DNA of 64,000 bases, from assembly GCA_049320885.1 (NCBI GenBank), contig JBMORA010000001.1, forward strand, positions 132,095 through 196,094, read 5' to 3'. The translations under genes and the position numbers were made by a program. Under the pieces are notes generated by a model. The model had not been told where the DNA came from. It made no database searches and was given only the letters and a program-made list of their open reading frames with translations. Shown piece by piece: positions 55,273 through 64,000 of the stretch. Positions within the stretch are counted from its first letter, which is position 1, and each line of letters begins with the position of its first letter. This stretch comes from Thermodesulfobacteriota bacterium. Lineage in GTDB: Bacteria > Desulfobacterota > Desulfobacteria > Desulfobacterales > SURF-7.

Positions 55273-56661
55273 ATGGCTGAAGGAAAACTTTGCAATCGAA
55301 AACCGGTAACCACCAAGGAAGAACTCCAGGCGCTTCTGGATGATAAAAACGGCATCCAGTATTATCAGGAAATGAATCAGCTCGATGTGGACCGCGGCGC
55401 TCTCTGGGACACGATTCAGAAAACCTGCAAATCGCGGCTAAGGACATGGCTCGAAATCTGTGCCCGATGCGGACTTTGCGCCGACAGCTGTTTTTTTTAC
55501 CTGGCGAACAAAAAGGACCCCAAACAAGTCCCCTCCTATAAAATCCAATCCACCCTCGGTGAAATCGTCCGACGGAAGGGCGACGTTACCAATGCTTTCA
55601 TGCAGATGGTAATGGATACGGCCTGGGGAAAGTGCACCTGCTGCAACCGCTGCGCCCTTTACTGCCCATTCGGAATCGATATGGGGGTCATGTTCGGATA
55701 CCTCCGCGGTCTTTGCTTTTCACAGGGATTCGTGCCATGGGAGTTGAAAATCGGTGCCGGAATGCATCGCATTTACAAAGCACAGATGGATGTGACTTCC
55801 GAAGACTGGGTGGAAACCTGTGAATGGATGTGTGATGAAAACCAGGAAGACTGGCCCGGTCTGGAGATCCCCGTCGACAAAGAGAATGCCGATTTTATCT
55901 ACACGGTCAATGCCCGTGAACCCAAGCATTATCCGGAGGATCTGGCGGAAGCCGCCATTTTGTTCCATATCGCCGGTGAAAACTGGACGGTGCCGAGTGA
56001 AGGATGGGAAGAAACCAGTCTGGCCATGTTCGCCGGCGACTGGGAAGGATGCCGGCAGCAAGTAACGGCCGTCTATGATGCCATGGAGCGATTGAAACCG
56101 AAACGGATGGTCGTGACCGAATGCGGTCATGCCTATCGGGCCACGGTGATTGAAGGGCCCTATTGGGCCGGTTTGAAAAGCGGGAAAACACCGGTTGAAA
56201 CGCTTCACTACGTCGAATGGGTGGCGGAAGCCTTGCGAACCGGCAAGCTGAAGATCGACCCCGCCAAAAAGATCAAGGAACCGGTGACCTATCAAGACTC
56301 GTGCAATTATATCCGCAATGCCGGGCTGAAAGATGCGGCCCGGTATATCATGAGTCAAATAGCGGAAGATTTCAGGGAAATGACTCCCAACAGGGAGCAT
56401 AATTTCTGTTGCGGCGGCGGCGGCGGGATGAACGGCCTCGGCCGCTACCGCAAGGAACGTAACATCGGTCTGAAAGTCAAGCGGGATCAAATTCTTGCCA
56501 CCGGCGCCAAACTGGTCATTTCTCCCTGTCACAACTGCTGGGATGCCATCAGGGATCTGGAAGAAGTGTATGAAATCGGTATCCGCTGGTCCTTCCTCAA
56601 ACCATTGTTGTTAAAAATGGTGGTCATCCCGGATCACCTCAAGCCGGAAGAAGAAGAATAA
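55273..56661 (+). CDS. hmcF: HdrD/DsrK-like iron-sulfur protein with CCG domain
   Basis: [11 protein letters not shown] and [12 protein letters not shown] cluster motifs, plus a CCGGGGG motif. Confidence 0.85.
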   Translation: MAEGKLCNRKPVTTKEELQALLDDKNGIQYYQEMNQLDVDRGALWDTIQKTCKSRLRTWLEICARCGLCADSCFFYLANKKDPKQVPSYKIQSTLGEIVRRKGDVTNAFMQMVMDTAWGKCTCCNRCALYCPFGIDMGVMFGYLRGLCFSQGFVPWELKIGAGMHRIYKAQMDVTSEDWVETCEWMCDENQEDWPGLEIPVDKENADFIYTVNAREPKHYPEDLAEAAILFHIAGENWTVPSEGWEETSLAMFAGDWEGCRQQVTAVYDAMERLKPKRMVVTECGHAYRATVIEGPYWAGLKSGKTPVETLHYVEWVAEALRTGKLKIDPAKKIKEPVTYQDSCNYIRNAGLKDAARYIMSQIAEDFREMTPNREHNFCCGGGGGMNGLGRYRKERNIGLKVKRDQILATGAKLVISPCHNCWDAIRDLEEVYEIGIRWSFLKPLLLKMVVIPDHLKPEEEE

Positions 56662-56690
56662 TAATCCACCCACCGCGAAAGTCGCCGAAA

Positions 56691-56721
56691 GGGAGCGTCG
56701 AAAGACGTCTCCCTTTTTTTT
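56691..56721 (+). terminator. rho-independent terminator of the hmc operon
   Basis: GGGAGCGTC-gaaa-GACGTCTCCC followed by T8. Confidence 0.8.
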
Positions 56722-56783
56722 CTTCCGCGCCTTGATCCGGTCCGCCCCTGCGGAAATGCGCCGAAAATGCATCGTTGAGCCGA

Positions 56784-56812
56784 TTGACATCTGCAAGGAT
56801 TCTGACTACAAT
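56784..56812 (+). promoter_or_regulatory. sigma-70-type promoter, TTGACA-17 nt-TACAAT
   Basis: Near-consensus hexamers with 17-nt spacing, 45 nt upstream of ATG 56857. Confidence 0.6.
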
Positions 56813-56856
56813 CCCCACCAAAACGTGACGCATCCGCCCCTATTACGGTTTTCATC

Positions 56857-57828
56857 ATGATCGCAAAAGTTTTCAGAATGGCGGCTTTATTCCTTGCCGT
56901 TTTCTTCGTCGCCGGGATGAGTGCCTATTTCGCGTTGACCGCGATCATCAGGACGGAAGAAACCGTGATCGTGCCGGATCTCACCGGCAAGAGCCTGGTG
57001 CACACCCTGGAACTGATGACGAAACTGGGACTGAACACCAAGGTGAAAGGATCGGAATACAGCGGTATGACCCCGAAACATCATATCCTGTTTCAGGACC
57101 CGCTGCCGGGCAGGAAAATCAAAAAGGGACGGGATATCCGTATCATCCTCTCAAAGGGGGCCAAATCCATAAAAATGCCGAATCTGAGAGCCCTCACCGC
57201 TCAGCAGGCCCAGCTCGCCATTGAGGAAAACGATCTCATTGCCGGAACGAATGCCTTTGTCTTTTCCCCTGTCTGGGAAAAAGATCAGGTAATCGCTCAT
57301 TCGCCACCGGCGGGAAACCGCATCCATCCTGGCGACCAGGTTAATCTCCTGATCAGCATAGGGGCTCGCCCAAAATTTTATATGATGCCGGATTTGAGAG
57401 ATTTATCGCTCGATGAAGCGGTGGCGCGAATTGCCAGAATCAGCATGCGCATCGGGGAAATACAATATATCTTCAAATCCGATCAGCCATTGAATACCAT
57501 TGTATCCCAAGAACCGCGGACCGGACAACGGATCCAGCAGGGAACACCGGTGGATCTCATCATAAACCGGCAGCAAACCCCTGAACCTCGTAAAATATCG
57601 AACTTGTTTTCAGGCCCGCGGTTGTTTCGATACCGGTTAGGCGAAGGATTCATGAAAAAACGTATCCGCGTCCAGGTCGAGTGCTTCGGTCTGTCCGCGG
57701 ATTTCCACAATAGCCTGGTCAAACCGGGAACCGAAATATGGTCCCTGGTGCCGAGCAATACCAAAGCAACGATGTTCCTGTACAGCAATGACAAACTGGT
57801 AACAGCGGAAGTATTTGACACCTGGTGA
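56857..57828 (+). CDS. membrane-anchored PASTA-domain protein (three PASTA repeats, no kinase or transpeptidase domain)
   Basis: N-terminal TM helix followed by three repeats of the P(D/N)L.G.....A...L type. Confidence 0.8.
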   Translation: MIAKVFRMAALFLAVFFVAGMSAYFALTAIIRTEETVIVPDLTGKSLVHTLELMTKLGLNTKVKGSEYSGMTPKHHILFQDPLPGRKIKKGRDIRIILSKGAKSIKMPNLRALTAQQAQLAIEENDLIAGTNAFVFSPVWEKDQVIAHSPPAGNRIHPGDQVNLLISIGARPKFYMMPDLRDLSLDEAVARIARISMRIGEIQYIFKSDQPLNTIVSQEPRTGQRIQQGTPVDLIINRQQTPEPRKISNLFSGPRLFRYRLGEGFMKKRIRVQVECFGLSADFHNSLVKPGTEIWSLVPSNTKATMFLYSNDKLVTAEVFDTW

Positions 57829-57870
57829 TCGAAGTGTTGTATCAACTCATATCAAAGGGGATGAAAAAAA

Positions 57871-58527
57871 ATGAAGTTAATAGCGCCATCCATTTTATCG
57901 GCCGACTTCACAAAATTGGGTGATGAAATCAAGGCGGTTGAGGACGCGGGAGCGGACTGGATTCACATTGATGTCATGGACGGACATTTTGTACCCAATA
58001 TCACCTATGGTCCGATCATTGTGGAAGCATGCCGGAGGGTCACGAACCTGCCGCTGGATGTGCATTTGATGATTGAAAAACCGGATTTGCTGATAAATGA
58101 TTTCATTTCAGCCGGAGCGGACCTGGTTTCCGTGCATGTCGAAACCTGCCCCCATCTGCATCGCTCCGTTCAGCTGATCAGGAATGCCGGAGCCAAGGCC
58201 GGCGTGGCCTTGAACCCGGCCACACCGGTTGCAGCCCTGGAATTGGTTTTAGAGCATCTTGATTTTGTACTGATCATGAGCGTCAACCCGGGATTCGGGG
58301 GACAATCCTTCATCCCGGAAACATTGGGTAAGGTCCGCCAGCTCAAGGATATGATCCGGAAAAAAAACCTGAATCCCCTCATCCAGCTCGATGGCGGCGT
58401 CAACGCCCAGACAATCGAAAAGATCGCCTCCGCCGGGACGGATGTATTTGTCGCCGGTTCAGCCATCTTCGGCAGCGGCCATTATGATGAAATCATTCAG
58501 TTGTTCCGTAAAACAATAGGCCGGTGA
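57871..58527 (+). CDS. rpe: ribulose-phosphate 3-epimerase
   Basis: HIDVMDGHFVPN, DVHLMI and MSVNPGFGGQ motifs. Confidence 0.95.
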   Translation: MKLIAPSILSADFTKLGDEIKAVEDAGADWIHIDVMDGHFVPNITYGPIIVEACRRVTNLPLDVHLMIEKPDLLINDFISAGADLVSVHVETCPHLHRSVQLIRNAGAKAGVALNPATPVAALELVLEHLDFVLIMSVNPGFGGQSFIPETLGKVRQLKDMIRKKNLNPLIQLDGGVNAQTIEKIASAGTDVFVAGSAIFGSGHYDEIIQLFRKTIGR

Positions 58528-58559
58528 CGACTCCCCCGGTACCCCAGGAGACAAACGAT

Positions 58560-59027
58560 ATGAAACAAGCAGATAGCGAAGCCTTCAGGGTGTTGGTGAT
58601 TCATGGTCCCAATCTGAATATGCTCGGCAAACGGGAACCCGAAATATACGGGACCGTCACGTTGGAGGACATCAATACCGGCCTTATCCGCCAGGGGAAA
58701 AAACTCGGTTTGCTGGTGGATGCCTATCAGTCCAACCATGAAGGCGCTATTGTCGATCGGCTCCAATCAGCCGCGGGCCGCTGCCATGGCGTTATCATCA
58801 ATCCCGCCGCGTATACGCATACCAGCATCGCCATCCGGGACGCATTGCTGCTGCTCAAGGTTCCCGTTGTGGAAATCCACCTGAGCAACATCTACAAACG
58901 GGAACCCTTTCGCCACAAGTCCATGATTGCGGACATCGCCACCGGTCAAATAACCGGCATGGGGGTTTTGGGGTATGAGCTGGCCCTCACGGCAATCGCG
59001 CAGATGATTCACCCGTCGAAAGGTTGA
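58560..59027 (+). CDS. aroQ: type II 3-dehydroquinate dehydratase
   Basis: VIHGPNLNMLGKREPEIYG, NPAAYTHTS and HLSNIYKRE motifs. GGAGA lies 8 nt before ATG 58560. The GTG 58524 extension is rejected. Confidence 0.9.
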   Translation: MKQADSEAFRVLVIHGPNLNMLGKREPEIYGTVTLEDINTGLIRQGKKLGLLVDAYQSNHEGAIVDRLQSAAGRCHGVIINPAAYTHTSIAIRDALLLLKVPVVEIHLSNIYKREPFRHKSMIADIATGQITGMGVLGYELALTAIAQMIHPSKG

Positions 59028-59040
59028 TCATCTCATTTTT

Positions 59041-60513
59041 TTATTGATATTGATCCAGCACTTGGCGCAAAAAAGCCGGCAGACATTCCTGGTTTTGTCG
59101 CAGATACGGCAAGGCCTGGGTCATCAGCACTTCCTCGGGAGACAGTCGATCCCATTTCAAAAGCCGCCTGTAATCATCGTAATACAACATCGGCATATAT
59201 ACGTCCGATTTCCCCTGCATAATATCATGACATAACCGGGCCATATATAAAACGGTCAGGTGCTCGAGTATTTCTTCCGGAATTTTTGACGGCGGCACAA
59301 AATCCGGATGGAATAAATATTCAACCGTTTGACAAACGCTTTCCGGCAGATCCCATTCTTGAACCAGCAGGGTTCCAATCTGGGAATGATCCAGTGTGTC
59401 GATGAAAACACCGATGCCGGGATAGTTGTTTTTCAAGAGGGCCATGACCAGTTGGCCGATATTGTATAGCAATCCGATTATTGCCACTTGAACCGGAGAA
59501 CCTTTTTGGGAGGAACCGGATATGGCGAAAGCGATATACGACATGGTTACCGACTGGGCATGCAGACGTTCCAGGTCGGGCAAATCCGGCATGCTGTGAC
59601 GAATTGCTTCCGCGACAAATGTCCGATACACTGTCTGAAAACCCATCTGCGATACGGCCGCGTTGATGTCCGGAAGCGGGTTGGGGAAAGCGAAATAGGA
59701 TGAATTGATTTTTTTCATGACCTCATCCACCAACTGCTGTTCCCCCGCTGTCAATTCCGCTATCAATACATTGATATCGGGGGACATACTGGCGATATCC
59801 CCCATTTTCCCGAAAAACGAACTCACAAACAGCGGCAACCTGGGAATCTTTTGAATAACCGCCTTGACCACTTCCGATCTTTCCAAATCCGGCCGTTGTC
59901 CGGCTTTCGCCGCGAAAAGGGCATCGGCCAAGCGGGCGTTTTTCGTTTGCAGCGTTATTTTTTGGTTTTCCAGTTGACTTAATTTTAAAGCAGACAGATT
60001 GTTCAGGCGTTTGTAAAAATAGAGCTGGGTCTGCTTTTCCAGGGAATTGATCGTCTCCTTGTCCAGAGCCATCACGGAAGCAGGAGAATCCGCAACCGCC
60101 GTGTTCGTACGCTTTGAGCGCGCGAAAGCGGTTTCCCCCATCCAGGTCCCGGCGCTCAACCTGATGACCTCCTCCGAACGATCATCGCCCATTTGAATGA
60201 TTTTGATTCTGCCTTCCAAAATCACGTAAATGCGTTGATCGATATCCCCTTCACGATACAGATAGTCGCCGGATTTCATCTTCAGAATATTGGCCATGCT
60301 GTAAAGTGTGTTCAGCTCTTTTTCGTCCAGCCCCTTGAAAATTGACTCGCGCTCCTGCTGCTTTGCCTCCGCTACCTTCGGGGTAGTCCCTTTTTCCACA
60401 ATCCGCTTGCGGCCATCGTCCTTGGCCGGCTTTTTTTTGGGCCAACCGATCGGGCTCATCATTCCTTTTCCCTTATCCTCAAAGTAATCCGTTTCAGATA
60501 TCTGCGAACTCAA
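59041..60513 (-). CDS. cyclic-nucleotide-binding domain + HDOD domain signalling protein
   Basis: cNMP-binding beta-roll (GDYLYREGD...IYVILEGRIKI...GETAF). The C-terminal half has an HDOD-like helical layout. The start is uncertain (TTG 60513 or ATG 60462/60459). Confidence 0.65.
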   Translation of the reverse strand: MSSQISETDYFEDKGKGMMSPIGWPKKKPAKDDGRKRIVEKGTTPKVAEAKQQERESIFKGLDEKELNTLYSMANILKMKSGDYLYREGDIDQRIYVILEGRIKIIQMGDDRSEEVIRLSAGTWMGETAFARSKRTNTAVADSPASVMALDKETINSLEKQTQLYFYKRLNNLSALKLSQLENQKITLQTKNARLADALFAAKAGQRPDLERSEVVKAVIQKIPRLPLFVSSFFGKMGDIASMSPDINVLIAELTAGEQQLVDEVMKKINSSYFAFPNPLPDINAAVSQMGFQTVYRTFVAEAIRHSMPDLPDLERLHAQSVTMSYIAFAISGSSQKGSPVQVAIIGLLYNIGQLVMALLKNNYPGIGVFIDTLDHSQIGTLLVQEWDLPESVCQTVEYLFHPDFVPPSKIPEEILEHLTVLYMARLCHDIMQGKSDVYMPMLYYDDYRRLLKWDRLSPEEVLMTQALPYLRQNQECLPAFLRQVLDQYQ

Positions 60514-60571
60514 CCATCACCGGCATCGAATCTCAATCCATATCGGCTTGATTCGGTATCATCATCCGATA

Positions 60572-62746
60572 TTACCAGCGTGCGGCAATGCTTTCGGATG
60601 AAAGCAGGATATAATCCGCTAAAACATTTCCACTTTCCGTCAGAATCGGATCGAATGACTCCTCCTTTTCCGGTTCCTGAATTTCTTCATTTTCCTCGTC
60701 TTCTTCGGCCTCCAGTTCCTCCGTCCCCTTCAACAATGGAAGGCCTTCCGCTTTTCTACGCATATTGGTCAGTTCCAGTCGCAATACATCCGCTTTTTTT
60801 CGTTCTTCAAGCCTTTTCTTTTCCTCCAGGGAAACCTGGGTCTGGCTTCTTGCTTCCTCCAGACGCTCCACCGCGGCCATCAAATAGCCAAACCCGGCAT
60901 CGGCCCGGATCCGGTCATCATGCAGTTTTTTCAAACGCCGTATTCGTTCTTCCAGGTCCGGATACGGTTGATAAGGCACCGGAGGAATGGAGGCCCATGG
61001 CAGTGCTTCTGGAAGAGCGCTTTCACCGATTTTGCTCTGGTCGTACAGGGATGGAAATTCGATATCCGGAACAATGCCCCTGTTTTGTGTACTTGCCCCG
61101 GATATCCTGTAAAACATGCCGTGGGTCAATTTCAATTGGCCCCGTTTCAGATTCTCCAGTGTTTGGACGGTGCCCTTGCCAAAAGTCCGGCTGCCGACAA
61201 CGATACCCCGGTGATAGTCCTGGACGGCGCCGGCGAATATCTCGGAAGCCGAAGCGCTGATTCGGTTGGTGATCACCACCAGCGGCCCGTCGTACAATAC
61301 CGCGGGATCAGGATCATTTAAAGCCCGGATTCGTCCCCGGTCGTCCTTCACCTGAACCACGGGACCGGATTCGATAAACAGACCGGTCAGCTGATTCGCC
61401 TCCTGCAACGCGCCACCGCCATTGTCCCGCAGATCAATGACGACCCCATCGATAGCTTCCTTTCGAAACTCCTCCAGGATTCGTCGCACATCCCGCGTCG
61501 TGCTGCGGAAATCCCTTTTGCCGTTTTGATAGGCTTCGAAATCAATGTAAAAGGTGGGGATATCGATGACACCGATTCGATGGGTTTTTCCCTCCCTGCC
61601 GTTCATGACCATAACTTTTTTCTTGACAGCCTGATCTTCCAGCTTGACCGTGTTGCGGGTGATGTTGACAATTTTTGTCTGGTGCTCATCAACCGCGTCC
61701 ACGGGAATAACCTCGAGCCGGACCACGGTTTCCTTGGGTCCGCGAATTAAATCCACGACATCATCCAGACGCCAGCCGACGACATCGGTCATTTCGCCGT
61801 CAAGGCCCTGGGCCACGCCGACAATGCGATCCCCGGGTTTGAGCAGACCGGATTTGTCGGCGGGTCCGGCTGCGATCAGGCGGACGATTTTTACATATTC
61901 ATCGCTGTTCTGCAGGACGGCCCCGATTCCCTCAAGGGAAAGCCGCATCATGATATTAAAGTTTTCCGTCAACTGGGGTGAAAAATACTGGGTATGGGGG
62001 TCATAACTCTGGGTATATGCATTGATGTATATTCGAAAAACATCTTCGCTGTTTCGCTGCTTTATCCGCGTCAGTTGATTCTCATACCGTTTCTTCAAGG
62101 TGCTGCGTATTTTCTCCAGAGGCTTTCCGGCAAGACGAAGATTCAATACTTCATTTTTCAAGCGTTTGCGCCACAGGTCGTTCATTTCCTGTTCATCGGC
62201 CGGCCATGGGACTTTCTCTCTTTCAATCTCAATCCGTTCATCGATCGAAAAATCCATTGACTCCAATTCGGTGTCAATTTGCCGGAGAACGAATTCAATC
62301 CGTTCCAGCACCCGGTGCTGATAGCGGTTGAAAATCAGATAAGCCGGTTGCAAATCGCCCTCGGACAACGCGTCGTCCAGTTGAAAACGAAAAGGCTCGA
62401 ACAGCTTGATATCGCTTCCAATAAAATAAAGATGCATGCGATCGAGCTCCGTCAGGTATCGATCATAGACCTTACTCGCAAACGCATCGTTTACATCCAC
62501 ATCCCTGAAATATCCCTGCTGGAGATAGGTGACAACCTCGACACTGGTTTTTGCATGCTGTTCCTCGGGAGCCAGTATGCCGGTGGAACGTTCGCTGAGA
62601 AAAGCCACATCTTCCGGAAAAGCCGACGGTTTGATCGACGAGCGCGCTTCCGTGCAGGCGATGAACAGCAGGGTGCTGCCGGCCACAACGCCGCATACCA
62701 GGCTGCCCACCAACAACTTGAGGATTACCCGATTCCGTATTTTCAT
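60572..62746 (-). CDS. prc: S41 carboxy-terminal processing (tail-specific) protease
   Basis: PDZ region. Catalytic Ser region NRISASASEIFAGA and Lys region RTFGKGTVQ. GGAGAA lies 7 nt before ATG 62746. Confidence 0.85.
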   Translation of the reverse strand: MKIRNRVILKLLVGSLVCGVVAGSTLLFIACTEARSSIKPSAFPEDVAFLSERSTGILAPEEQHAKTSVEVVTYLQQGYFRDVDVNDAFASKVYDRYLTELDRMHLYFIGSDIKLFEPFRFQLDDALSEGDLQPAYLIFNRYQHRVLERIEFVLRQIDTELESMDFSIDERIEIEREKVPWPADEQEMNDLWRKRLKNEVLNLRLAGKPLEKIRSTLKKRYENQLTRIKQRNSEDVFRIYINAYTQSYDPHTQYFSPQLTENFNIMMRLSLEGIGAVLQNSDEYVKIVRLIAAGPADKSGLLKPGDRIVGVAQGLDGEMTDVVGWRLDDVVDLIRGPKETVVRLEVIPVDAVDEHQTKIVNITRNTVKLEDQAVKKKVMVMNGREGKTHRIGVIDIPTFYIDFEAYQNGKRDFRSTTRDVRRILEEFRKEAIDGVVIDLRDNGGGALQEANQLTGLFIESGPVVQVKDDRGRIRALNDPDPAVLYDGPLVVITNRISASASEIFAGAVQDYHRGIVVGSRTFGKGTVQTLENLKRGQLKLTHGMFYRISGASTQNRGIVPDIEFPSLYDQSKIGESALPEALPWASIPPVPYQPYPDLEERIRRLKKLHDDRIRADAGFGYLMAAVERLEEARSQTQVSLEEKKRLEERKKADVLRLELTNMRRKAEGLPLLKGTEELEAEEDEENEEIQEPEKEESFDPILTESGNVLADYILLSSESIAARW

Positions 62747-62789
62747 GAAACATTCTCCACTATATCCGTACAATTGCCGATGCTGGTTT

Positions 62790-63242
62790 TCATATATCGG
62801 CATCGATGGCATAGGCCTCCAACTGTTCTGGAAGAACATAGCATCCCGATATCACCTTATTCCTGACTGAAATTCCAGCCTCATGAACAGACTCCGGACG
62901 ACCGGAAACCAACGGATGCCACCATTCCAATTCCTTTCCCTCCGCAAGGTATCGATAGGCACAGGTGAGCGGCATCCACTGGATGCTTTCGAGATTATGC
63001 GGCGTCAACCTCAGGCACTCCGGCTCTATCACCGATCTCGTTTCATACGATCCGCACCGGCACTCCCATGTATCCAGATGAGGGCAGGTAACACTGGTGT
63101 AAACAACCGCACCGGTATCCGGGTCTTCGATCTTTTCCAAACAGCACCGACCGCAACCGTCACACAAGGATTCCCATTCTGCATGGGTCATTTCCGAAAG
63201 CGGCTTGATTTTCCAGAAGGGCCGGTCATCGTTATCAGTCAT
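62790..63242 (-). CDS. YcgN-like (UPF0260) cysteine-cluster protein
   Basis: CDGCGRCC...C.HL....C.C motif pattern and ~150-aa size. Confidence 0.7.
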   Translation of the reverse strand: MTDNDDRPFWKIKPLSEMTHAEWESLCDGCGRCCLEKIEDPDTGAVVYTSVTCPHLDTWECRCGSYETRSVIEPECLRLTPHNLESIQWMPLTCAYRYLAEGKELEWWHPLVSGRPESVHEAGISVRNKVISGCYVLPEQLEAYAIDADI

Positions 63243-63547
63243 GGATGCCTTCTCATTTACAGGTATTCCAATTTTTTGATGGAAAATGGAACCAGCTGGA
63301 TCGATTCAGTGATAATATCATTATATCAATAGGATTACAAGACGTTCGAGCATGATGTCGTGTATTTTCCTGAAAATCCATTAAGAACCTGTTGCTTTTA
63401 TACCATCAGTCTGTTTACATTGGTTATGCTCGGTAACAGCAAACCTGTCGTTTGCACGTTCGGCGGGATTCAATGCCGGACGGAAACCGGCGCCACAACC
63501 GCCAAATTGTCACATAAAAAAGAATGTATGGAAGGCTTTAATACAAC

Positions 63548-64000
63548 ATGTCCGACAAACCGGTCACGATCGAGTCTGTTGCCTATGAACTTCCCCCCCA
63601 TCGCATCACTTCCGCATGGCTTGAAAATCAGATCAGTGGTCTGCTGAACCGCCTGCGTATAACGCCAGGCCAAATCCTGGCACTGACCGGGATTCGTGAA
63701 AGACGCTTCTGGGACCCGCATGTCACACCCAGCCAGGCAGCCACCATGGCTGCCCGAAAAGCAATTGAAAAAGCCGGAATTGCTTACCGGGATATCGGCG
63801 TCCTGGTCAGCACGTCTGTTTGCAAGGATTATATCGAACCTTCCGTGGCCTGCCTGGTGCACCACAATTTGCAGCTCTCTCCCCACTGCCTGAATTTTGA
63901 TATCGGCAATGCCTGCCTGGCATTCATCAATGCCATTACCATCGTCGGCATGATGATCGAAAAAGGTCAGGTGGAATACGGCCTGATCGTCGATGGAGAA
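63548..64000 (+). CDS. 3-oxoacyl-ACP synthase III (FabH-like) family protein, N-terminal fragment running off the window
   Basis: ATG 63548; the ORF is open to the window end. Thiolase-fold N-terminus with the active-site Cys context FDIGNACLAF. Not listed in the ORF track. Confidence 0.7.
   Translation, partial: MSDKPVTIESVAYELPPHRITSAWLENQISGLLNRLRITPGQILALTGIRERRFWDPHVTPSQAATMAARKAIEKAGIAYRDIGVLVSTSVCKDYIEPSVACLVHHNLQLSPHCLNFDIGNACLAFINAITIVGMMIEKGQVEYGLIVDGE

Overview
The window looks like a chromosome segment from a sulfate-reducer-type deltaproteobacterium (Desulfobacterota-like). That inference rests on a complete rrf2-hmcABCDEF operon with a 16-heme cytochrome.

Positions 3-44589 form a large accessory cell-envelope glycan locus with two parts.
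(a) A plus-strand EPS/capsule-type operon. It encodes a flippase fragment, an alpha/alpha-toroid protein, a sulfotransferase, GT4 and GT2 glycosyltransferases, a CapK/PaaK-like ligase, a CapA-like protein, a GNAT, a polysaccharide deacetylase, an MBOAT+SGNH O-acylation pair and AsnB. A sigma-54-driven secreted protein gene follows, then a convergent wecB.
(b) A long minus-strand block running from 40247 down to 19790. It encodes an OM beta-barrel; a beta-helix/PKD protein fused in frame to a small beta-barrel; a polyprenyl-phosphate aminosugar cassette (ArnC-like GT2, ATP-grasp, CapK-like ligase, WecE-like aminotransferase); three tandem paralogous secreted proteins; and a large polytopic membrane protein.

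The three paralogs carry 3, 2 and 1 copies of a 666-bp CBD-like+PKD module. Each has its own near-consensus sigma-54 promoter and a conserved upstream block. This array, together with its flanking genes, is the most novel-looking feature of the window.

tRNA-Leu(CAG) at 44711-44797 marks the transition to housekeeping genes (ribF, def-fmt-rsmB). After these come rrf2-hmcABCDEF, a kinase-less PASTA protein, rpe, aroQ, a cNMP-binding/HDOD protein, an S41 tail-specific protease, a YcgN-like protein and a FabH-like fragment.

I saw no CRISPR array, rRNA, transposase, integrase or phage genes. All functional calls come from motif and architecture recognition by eye. No database search was run.
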